The notes beneath the pieces were generated by a model. The model ran no database searches. It was not told the DNA's origin and saw only the letters and a list, made by a program, of their open reading frames with translations. Shown here piece after piece: positions 6,831 to 13,807 of a stretch of DNA of 32,000 bases. The translations under genes were made by a program, and so were the position numbers. The stretch lies in contig CAZIYE010000002.1 in NCBI GenBank assembly GCA_964543385.1, positions 30,001 to 62,000 on the forward strand. Direction: 5' to 3'. Position 1 is the first letter of the stretch. Each line of letters opens with the position of its first letter. The stretch comes from an uncultured Candidatus Saccharibacteria bacterium. GTDB taxonomy: Bacteria; Patescibacteriota; UBA1384; XYA2-FULL-43-10; 1-14-0-10-43-13.

Positions 6831-8072
6831 ATGAATTTGAAAGATCAAGACAAAGAAATATTTGAAGTAATCAATTGTGAAAAAGAGCGCCAAGTCGAAG
6901 GTTTAGAGATGATTGCTTCTGAAAATTATGTCTCAGAAGCTGTCCTCGAAGCAACTGGTTCAATCCTCACTAACAAGTATGCTGAGGGCTATCCATACTC
7001 TAGATATTATGGTGGCTGTGAGTGCGTTGACAAAGGAGAGTCATTAGCAATTGAGCGATTAAAGAAATTATTTGGCTGCAAATTTGCCAATGTTCAGCCA
7101 CACTGTGGATCAAGTGCAAATATGGCAGCTTATGCTGCTATCCTTGCGCCAGGTGATAAATTGCTCGGACAAAGTTTAGATGCTGGAGGACATTTGACTC
7201 ATGGAGCCAAAGTTTCTTTTTCTGGGAAATGGTTTGAGTCATACAGCTATGGACTTGATTCAGAAACTGGACAGTTAAATTATGAAGAGATCAGAAAAAT
7301 TGCACTTGAAGTAAGGCCAAAAGTTATTATGTGTGGGTACTCAGCATATCCAAGAAAAATAGATTTCAAGAAATTTAGAGAGATTGCTGACGAAGTAGAC
7401 GCATATTTGATTGCAGATATAGCCCACATAGCCGGATTAGTTGCTACTGGCTATCATGATTCTCCTATTGGTATCGCTGATATAGTTACATCAACAACTC
7501 ATAAAACTCTAAGAGGTCCACGTTCCGGCATCATTATGACAAATAATGAAGAATTGGCAAAGAAGATTGACAAAGCGGTTTTCCCGATGCTTCAGGGTGG
7601 TCCACTCGAGCATGTTATTGCCGCTAAGGCAGTTGCATTTGGCGAAGCGCTAAAACCTGAATTTAAGATATATATAAGCAATGTTTTAGATAATATGCAG
7701 ACTTTTGCCAAGACTTTAATGTCTTTTGATTTTGACTTGGTCACTGGCGGGACAGAGAATCATCTAATATTAGTCGATCTTAGAAGCAAGAGCATAACCG
7801 GTAAGGAATTCGAGTATGCTCTACACGAAGCAGGGATTACAGTAAATAAAAATGCTATTCCCAATGACCCAAATCCGCCAAAAGTTACTTCCGGCATCAG
7901 AGTTGGGACAGCCGCATTAACAACCCGCGGAATGGGTGTTAAAGAAATGCAGCGGATTGCTGAAATGTTTAATATCGTTGCTGAAAATATCAGCGATGAG
8001 CAAAAACTTGCCGAAATCAAACAAGAGATTAAAGAAATGACCGAAAATTTCCCAGTACCGGGCATTAAATAA
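6831..8072 (+). CDS. glyA: serine hydroxymethyltransferase
   Basis: 413 aa with GLEMIASENYVS, YAEGYPYSRYYGGC and TSTTHKTLRGPRSG (PLP-lysine motif). SD aaaggag lies 6 nt upstream. Confidence 0.96.
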   Translation: MNLKDQDKEIFEVINCEKERQVEGLEMIASENYVSEAVLEATGSILTNKYAEGYPYSRYYGGCECVDKGESLAIERLKKLFGCKFANVQPHCGSSANMAAYAAILAPGDKLLGQSLDAGGHLTHGAKVSFSGKWFESYSYGLDSETGQLNYEEIRKIALEVRPKVIMCGYSAYPRKIDFKKFREIADEVDAYLIADIAHIAGLVATGYHDSPIGIADIVTSTTHKTLRGPRSGIIMTNNEELAKKIDKAVFPMLQGGPLEHVIAAKAVAFGEALKPEFKIYISNVLDNMQTFAKTLMSFDFDLVTGGTENHLILVDLRSKSITGKEFEYALHEAGITVNKNAIPNDPNPPKVTSGIRVGTAALTTRGMGVKEMQRIAEMFNIVAENISDEQKLAEIKQEIKEMTENFPVPGIK

Positions 8073-8081
8073 GGATTAGCG

Positions 8082-8390
8082 ATGGATTTTTCAGAATTAC
8101 AAGAAAAAATTATTGCCAATGCAGAGCGATATTCAAAAAAACATGATATTTTAATTAATGATGATTATGCAATTCATAAATTATATGAAGAAGTTGGCGA
8201 GTTTTCTCAAGCCTGGCTTATTCACAATCGCCAATGCAGAGAATCGAAATATGTTGAAAAAGAGATGTCCAAGAAGATGATCTCGCACGAATTGGCTGAT
8301 ATAATCGGAATTGCGGTAGTGATAGCAAATTTGCAGAAAATAAACTTAGAAAAAGCAATTGACCAAAAATGGATTAATAGAGAAAAATAA
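8082..8390 (+). CDS. MazG-like all-alpha nucleoside triphosphate pyrophosphohydrolase (single domain, DCTPP1/YpjD-like)
   Basis: 102 aa with LYEEVGEF (EExxE-type metal motif) and ISHELADIIGIAVVIA (second acidic helix). Confidence 0.7.
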   Translation: MDFSELQEKIIANAERYSKKHDILINDDYAIHKLYEEVGEFSQAWLIHNRQCRESKYVEKEMSKKMISHELADIIGIAVVIANLQKINLEKAIDQKWINREK

Positions 8391-8391
8391 T

Positions 8392-8946
8392 ATGATATTA
8401 GGAGTAACTGGAACAATTGGCGCTGGCAAAGATTTGATTGCAAGATATCTGGAAAGTAAAGATTTTCAGCATATTTCTACTGCCGATATCCTTAGAGAAG
8501 AAGTCTCTCAAAAAGGCTTATCCTTAGAACGTGAATCATTACGCACTTTTTCAAACGATTTAAAGAAAGAAAAAGGTGGCGATTATCTAGCAAGGGAGGC
8601 TGTTGCTAGAATGAAAAGTGATAATATTATAATATCCGCAATAAGAGCAGTAGAAGAAGTCGATTACCTAAAAAAACTAGATAATTTTTATCTTATTTTT
8701 ATTGATGCTCCTGTTGAATTACGATATGAAAGAATCAGAAAAAGATCACGGATAGGCGAGAAGGAAATAGCCTTTGAAGAGTTTAAAAGAAAAGAAGACT
8801 TAGAAATGTTTGGCCAAAGCTCACAAAGACTAGATTATTGCAGGGAGAAGGCCGATTTCATAATTAGTAATACTAGCTCCATAGATCAATTAAATATAGA
8901 AATTGACAATCTGCTAATCAAGATTAGGGAAAGTGGAAATAAATGA
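8392..8946 (+). CDS. P-loop nucleoside/nucleotide kinase (CoaE / dNMP-kinase-like), substrate unknown
   Basis: ILGVTGTIGAGKD P-loop at the N-terminus and a lid-like RYERIRKRSR. I prefer ATG 8392, directly after the mazG-like stop, over the track's TTG at 8359. Confidence 0.65.
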   Translation: MILGVTGTIGAGKDLIARYLESKDFQHISTADILREEVSQKGLSLERESLRTFSNDLKKEKGGDYLAREAVARMKSDNIIISAIRAVEEVDYLKKLDNFYLIFIDAPVELRYERIRKRSRIGEKEIAFEEFKRKEDLEMFGQSSQRLDYCREKADFIISNTSSIDQLNIEIDNLLIKIRESGNK

Positions 8947-9773
8947 CACAGTTTGATCATGTATACCAAGATGCAATAGCCAGAGTTCTGAATGAAGGAG
9001 TGGAAGATTTTAATGTTCGTACTGGCATGAAAGTAAAGGCAGTGCCGGGACTTACTTTTCAGTGTGATTTTGGTTTTCCGATATTAACATTACGCAAAAT
9101 CCCCATAAAACTATTTATAGCTGAGATGGTTTGGTTTCTTTCTGGTAGCAAGGATCCAGATGATTTCTTAAGTAAATATACGAAAATATGGGATGATTTC
9201 CGAGAAGAAGATGGTACTATTGCTGCGGCTTATGGTCATCGCTGGAGACACCATTTCGGGCGTGATCAGATAAAAGACTTAATTTCCCTTCTCCAGAATG
9301 AGCCATCTTCGCGCCACGGTGTGGTCGTAACATGGGATCCGGCAGACGACGGTCTTGGCAGCGGCACGAAAAAGAAAAACGTACCTTGTCCATACACATT
9401 TACCGTAAATATTATCGGTGATAGACTTCATTTGCATTCAATAGTTCGCTCAAATGATATGATGCTTGGCTGCCCTCACGATACAGCCGGCTTCTCATTG
9501 CTCCAATATTTATTAGCAGCAAAACTTGGCGTAAGACCAGGCGTTTATACACATTCAGTAAGCAATGCTCATATATATGAAAATCATTATGACCAGGCAT
9601 GGGAGATCGTGAATAGAGAAAATTCTCACCCCCCAATCGTTTTTGAGCCCAGGCCAGATTATCTAGATAGAGCAATGGCAGGGGACGAAAGCGTAATAAA
9701 TGAAATTTACGAAACATTAACAGAACAATACAAACCTAGATCAGCAGTTAAAAAAATGAAGATAGCATTATGA
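8943..9773 (+). CDS. thymidylate synthase (ThyA) superfamily enzyme with Asp at the Asn177-equivalent position; predicted pyrimidine C5 (hydroxy)methylase acting on a cytosine nucleotide
   Basis: ThyA-family motifs: VRTG, FIAEMVWFLSG, AYGHRWR, DQIKDLISLLQNEPSSRH, catalytic NVPCPY, VRSNDMMLGCPHDTAGF, SNAHIYENH. The start overlaps the kinase stop by 4 nt. Confidence 0.85.
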   Translation: MTQFDHVYQDAIARVLNEGVEDFNVRTGMKVKAVPGLTFQCDFGFPILTLRKIPIKLFIAEMVWFLSGSKDPDDFLSKYTKIWDDFREEDGTIAAAYGHRWRHHFGRDQIKDLISLLQNEPSSRHGVVVTWDPADDGLGSGTKKKNVPCPYTFTVNIIGDRLHLHSIVRSNDMMLGCPHDTAGFSLLQYLLAAKLGVRPGVYTHSVSNAHIYENHYDQAWEIVNRENSHPPIVFEPRPDYLDRAMAGDESVINEIYETLTEQYKPRSAVKKMKIAL

Positions 9774-10297
9774 AAACAATAATAATCATGGCTCAGTCAC
9801 TTGATGGTGTGATAGCTTATGACGCTGACCACGCCGCGAACTGGACATCGAAAGAAGATAAGCAGTTTTTTATATCTGAAACCAAGAAAGCCGGAGTAAT
9901 AATTTTTGGCAGAAATACCTATAAAACTTTTGGCGACAAACCTTTGCAAGGCAGACTAAACCTTGTGATGACCCTGGATGAAAGTGAAAAGCAATTTGAA
10001 AAGCCAGGTCTTGTTGAATATGCGGTTAAAAAAGAGCCATCGGAAATATTAAAAATGTTAAAAAAGAGAGGCTTTAAAAAAGTTTTTGTCGGCGGAGGAA
10101 GTATGATTAATTCACTTTTCCTTGATAAGGGGTTAATCGATGAACTTTGGATAACCATTGAGCCAAAAATTTTTGGAAAAGGATTAAAAATACTCACTGA
10201 TCAAAAAAGAGATATTAATCTTGTTTTGAAAACAGTTAAAAAAGCAAACCAATCAGTTTTATTAAAGTACGGAGTGAATTATGGGAATTCTAACTAG
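9770..10297 (+). CDS. dihydrofolate-reductase-fold reductase (RibD C-terminal domain family)
   Basis: IIIMAQSLDGVIA..., IIFGRNTYKTFG, VFVGGGSMINSLFLDKGLIDELWITIEPKIFGKG. ATGA overlap with the thyA-like stop. Confidence 0.7.
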   Translation: MKTIIIMAQSLDGVIAYDADHAANWTSKEDKQFFISETKKAGVIIFGRNTYKTFGDKPLQGRLNLVMTLDESEKQFEKPGLVEYAVKKEPSEILKMLKKRGFKKVFVGGGSMINSLFLDKGLIDELWITIEPKIFGKGLKILTDQKRDINLVLKTVKKANQSVLLKYGVNYGNSN

Positions 10298-10997
10298 AAA
10301 AGAAATTTTGACTGCTATTGCTGATGGGGAGCTTAGTTTTGAGCCAGGCTTAGACCAATTTCAGCTACAACCAGCTGCAATCGACGTTCGGGTTGGTATG
10401 AACTTTTTCATACCAAAAATTTGGTCATTTGGAGAAGAGGGAAGAACGGGCTTGAATACTGATCATCTTGATAACGAAAAAAAGAATGAGTTTTTAGATA
10501 GTCTACATTTAAAACATGGGCAGACCTTTGAATTGCTCCCAGGGGAATTTATCTTAATTTCGACTCTAGAAAAGATTTCTATGAAGTCAGGCAGACTTGT
10601 CTCTATCCTTTATCCTAGGAGTTCCACGACCAGAAGAGGTATATCTATTGAATCTGGCGTTATAGATCCTCATTACGAAGGCTCTCTTATGATCCCTGTT
10701 TTTAATATGACTAGAACGCAAAAAATCAAGATATATCCCGGTGAAAGAATTGCCCAGCTTGTTTTTTCTACTACCGAGAGTGTTCTTTCTAAGGAAGAGT
10801 CCTTGAATCATGGACTTGCAAAACCTAAATATCAGGGAGTCCAAGGCTATCAGTTGGATTATAAGTTCGATCCGCATGATGAAATCAATTTAGTCAAAAA
10901 TGGCCAATTGGATAAATTAAAAAAGAATCACCTAATTTCATTAGACGAAAGGGTTGAAAGTGGCGACGAAAAAAATCAACTACCCTTATCTGCCTAA
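10281..10997 (+). CDS. dCTP deaminase/dUTPase-superfamily protein (Dcd-like N-terminus, dUTPase-like catalytic motifs, no deaminase Glu)
   Basis: ILTRKEILTAIADGELSFEP...AAIDVRVG (Dcd-like), YPRSSTTRRGISI, GVIDPHYEGSLMIPVFN, PGERIAQLVF. SD ggagtg lies upstream of the ATG. About 45 aa of C-terminal extension. Confidence 0.75.
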   Translation: MGILTRKEILTAIADGELSFEPGLDQFQLQPAAIDVRVGMNFFIPKIWSFGEEGRTGLNTDHLDNEKKNEFLDSLHLKHGQTFELLPGEFILISTLEKISMKSGRLVSILYPRSSTTRRGISIESGVIDPHYEGSLMIPVFNMTRTQKIKIYPGERIAQLVFSTTESVLSKEESLNHGLAKPKYQGVQGYQLDYKFDPHDEINLVKNGQLDKLKKNHLISLDERVESGDEKNQLPLSA

Positions 10998-11841
10998 AGG
11001 TAGAGAAATCAAGTTTGTCGGTTCTGAAAATGAATATATATTAGCGGCTAAAGAGGCTGCTATGAAGGCTGGCTGCAGAAAACAGCCAACAGGAGCAGTC
11101 TTGGTCAAAGACGGCAAAATAATAATGACGGCTACCAATGCAAGTACTACGGTCAGCGTCTGCCCCAGAGTATTAAAAGGAAGCAAGACTGGAACCGACT
11201 ATCATTTTTGCAAGGAAGTTTGTAATCAAGACGGGCACTCTGAATATAGCGCAGTACAAAAATGTCTAGAGAAGGGGATAGACATAAAAGACGCTGATAT
11301 TTATCTCTGGGGACATTGGTGGTGCTGCAAACCATGTTGGGACAAGATGATCGAAGGAGAAATCAAAAATGTTTATCTGGAGAAAAATGCAGATGAAAAA
11401 TTCATGTTTTCCGCAACTATCGGCAAAATCTATATTTCAGGTGCTCTCACCATACAGCCAAAGGGTAAAAATTTAAGAAAATCATATGAAAATTTAGCAG
11501 CAGTTTGCTCAAACTTTTGTAGCAATGTTTATGTGCCACATCTTAATAGCACGGATCCGATCAAGGATCCCAATGAAGTGCCGTCTATTGTTTGGAAAAC
11601 TGATCACAGGGAAGTAGCTTCTTCTGATATCGTAGTCGCATATGTTGGCGCACCATCTCTAGGGACTGGCGCAGAGCTTGAGATCGCCAGAATGGCGGCT
11701 TCAGATATAGTAGTTTGGTGGTATAAAGGTGAAATGGTTAGTAGAATGTGTCTTGGAAATCCAAATGTTAAATATAAGTTGGAAGTTATCAATGACCAAG
11801 ATTTAGCCCATCAGCTTAAGTTAGTCCTAAGGAATTATTAG
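10954..11841 (+). CDS. fusion: dCMP/cytidine-deaminase-fold zinc domain + DNPH1/Rcl (nucleoside 2-deoxyribosyltransferase-fold) domain
   Basis: Deaminase signature: DGHSEYSAV (HxE) and CCKPCWDKM (PCxxC). C-terminal half: IYISGAL ... SSDIVVAYVGAPSLGTGAELEIARMA. Start uncertain: TTG 10954 or GTG 10960; the latter has aaggg 6 nt upstream. Confidence 0.75.
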   Translation: MKVATKKINYPYLPKGREIKFVGSENEYILAAKEAAMKAGCRKQPTGAVLVKDGKIIMTATNASTTVSVCPRVLKGSKTGTDYHFCKEVCNQDGHSEYSAVQKCLEKGIDIKDADIYLWGHWWCCKPCWDKMIEGEIKNVYLEKNADEKFMFSATIGKIYISGALTIQPKGKNLRKSYENLAAVCSNFCSNVYVPHLNSTDPIKDPNEVPSIVWKTDHREVASSDIVVAYVGAPSLGTGAELEIARMAASDIVVWWYKGEMVSRMCLGNPNVKYKLEVINDQDLAHQLKLVLRNY

Positions 11842-11850
11842 GTTTTGATA

Positions 11851-12019
11851 TTTACTTTTTTTGTTAAAGTGGTAAAATAATAGAATTATCCAAGTTGATG
11901 ATGGGAGTACCGCCCCGGAGACTTGGCGCAAACTCAAGCGAATGAGTAAATTAAGATCCAAATCGAGATGGAACCGCCCCCAAATAAAGGGAGCTCTCGA
12001 GTTCTTTGGGTCTTTTTTG
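11851..12019 (+). promoter_or_regulatory. thrS promoter plus T-box-like transcription-attenuation leader
   Basis: -35 TTTACT, 16-nt spacer, extended -10 TGgTAAAAT (11870-11878). The leader has UGAUGA and GAGUA (K-turn/S-turn-like) motifs. There is a T-box-like AGAUGGAACCGCC at 11966-11978, and possible antiterminator arms UCGAGA/UCUCGA. An alternative hairpin ends in UCUUUUUU (12011-12018). Confidence 0.45.
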
Positions 12020-12079
12020 TTACAATAAATTTATTAAATATTTCAAACCCCATTTTTGGGTAATCAAAGAAGGACAAAG

Positions 12080-13807
12080 ATGCAAGAGAAAATCGACATC
12101 GAAAAAGTTAGACACTCGCTTAGCCATGTTTTGGCTGCAGCTGTTTTGGATATGTTTCCAGAGGCAAAGCTCGGTATCGGACCGGCTATTGAGAATGGTT
12201 TTTATTATGATTTTGATTTGCCAAGAACTTTAATCCCAGAAGACCTGCCAATCCTTGAGGAGAAAATGAAAAAAATGATTGCTGGTGATTTTGCCCTAGA
12301 ATGCAGGAAGGAGCCGAAAGACAAGGCTGAAAATTTTTTCAAAAAAATAGGTCAACAGTATAAATCTGAATTAGCAAGTGAAATTGATGATGAGAGTGTC
12401 TCAATATATGACATAAAAGACGAGAAAAGCGGTCAATATGTATTTGCTGATCTTTGCGCTGGGCCACACATCGAGTCTGCGAAAAATTTAAGAAACATTG
12501 GCTGGAAATTAGATAAAATCGCTGGTGCTTATTGGCGTGGTAATGAAAAGAATAAGATGTTGCAGCGTATTTATGGGTTGGCTTTCGAAACTAGAGACGA
12601 ACTAAAAGAATATGAGCTGATGATGATCGAAGCAGCTAAGCACGATCATAAAAAATTAGGCAAAGAGCTGGATTTGTTCTCTTTTCATCCCGAAGCTCCG
12701 GGTATGCCCTTCTGGCACGAAAAAGGGATGGCTATTTGGACTCAGCTTGAAAAATTTGGCAAATCAATTCGTAAGAAATATGATTATATTGAGATCAAGA
12801 CTCCACTTCTAGCCAAAAATAGCTTATGGATAACATCTGGCCACTGGGACCATTATCGAGATGGCATGTTCACTTTTAATATCGGCGAAGATATTTATGG
12901 ACTGAAACCCATGGATTGTCCATTTAATGTAAAGATTTATCAGACGAAACCAAGATCATATAAGGATCTGCCAATTCGTTACACAGAAATAGGTCATGTT
13001 CACCGCAAGGAGCAATCGGGTGAATTAAATGGTCTTTTGAGAGTACAAGAAATTACCCAAGATGATTCTCATATATTTATGAGAGAAGACCAAATCGGCG
13101 AAGAAATTGGTAAATTATTAAAAATGGTCAAAGAATTTTATAAAAAACTCACATTAGAACCAGAGTTTTTCCTTTCGACTAGACCGGAAAAATATATAGG
13201 TGAGATTAAGACTTGGGACAAGGCTGAAGATGACTTAAGAAAGGTACTTGAGTCTGAAAAAATCAGCTATGAGCTGAAGGAAAAGGATGGCGCATTTTAT
13301 GGCCCAAAAATCGATGTTAATATCAAAGATGTGTTTGGTAGATCTTGGCAGTTAGCCACTATCCAGTTAGATTTTCAATTACCCGGACGCTTTGATTGTG
13401 AATATATAGACGAAAATGGTGAAAAAAAGACTCCAGTCTTAATACATGCTGCAGTATTTGGTGCGTTTGAACGCATGATTGGCATCTTAATTGAGCATTT
13501 TGGTGGTGCTTTTCCAACATGGTTGGCGCCAATTCAAGCTCAAATACTGCCGATTGCTGATAGACATCTCGAATATGCAAAGAAAATCAGAGAAGCATTG
13601 CAAGACCAAGGAATCAGAGTCTCTATTGATGATAGAACAGAATCCATCGGCAAGAAAATCCGTGAAGCTGAAATGCAAAAAATCCCTTACATGCTAATAG
13701 TCGGTGACAAAGAAATCGAAGCCAAGAAAATAGCAGTTCGAAAATATGGAGAAGGGGATAGGGGGCAGATAGATGCTGAGGAATTAATCAAAGAGATAAA
13801 TGGCTAA
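12080..13807 (+). CDS. thrS: threonyl-tRNA synthetase (no N-terminal TGS domain)
   Basis: Starts MQEKIDIEKVRHSLSHVLA (editing-domain HxxxH) after SD aaagaagga. Class II motifs: FHPEAPGMPFWHEKG, RVQEITQDDSHIF, GAFYGPKID. Anticodon-binding C-terminus. I prefer ATG 12080 over the track start 12056. Confidence 0.95.
   Translation: MQEKIDIEKVRHSLSHVLAAAVLDMFPEAKLGIGPAIENGFYYDFDLPRTLIPEDLPILEEKMKKMIAGDFALECRKEPKDKAENFFKKIGQQYKSELASEIDDESVSIYDIKDEKSGQYVFADLCAGPHIESAKNLRNIGWKLDKIAGAYWRGNEKNKMLQRIYGLAFETRDELKEYELMMIEAAKHDHKKLGKELDLFSFHPEAPGMPFWHEKGMAIWTQLEKFGKSIRKKYDYIEIKTPLLAKNSLWITSGHWDHYRDGMFTFNIGEDIYGLKPMDCPFNVKIYQTKPRSYKDLPIRYTEIGHVHRKEQSGELNGLLRVQEITQDDSHIFMREDQIGEEIGKLLKMVKEFYKKLTLEPEFFLSTRPEKYIGEIKTWDKAEDDLRKVLESEKISYELKEKDGAFYGPKIDVNIKDVFGRSWQLATIQLDFQLPGRFDCEYIDENGEKKTPVLIHAAVFGAFERMIGILIEHFGGAFPTWLAPIQAQILPIADRHLEYAKKIREALQDQGIRVSIDDRTESIGKKIREAEMQKIPYMLIVGDKEIEAKKIAVRKYGEGDRGQIDAEELIKEING

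Noticed and set aside
12006-12233. 75-aa ORF and the upstream-extended thrS start (12056)
   Set aside because: The 75-aa ORF is out of frame over the thrS start region. The thrS SD (AAGAAGGA) sits before ATG 12080, and the sequence upstream belongs to the leader/terminator.
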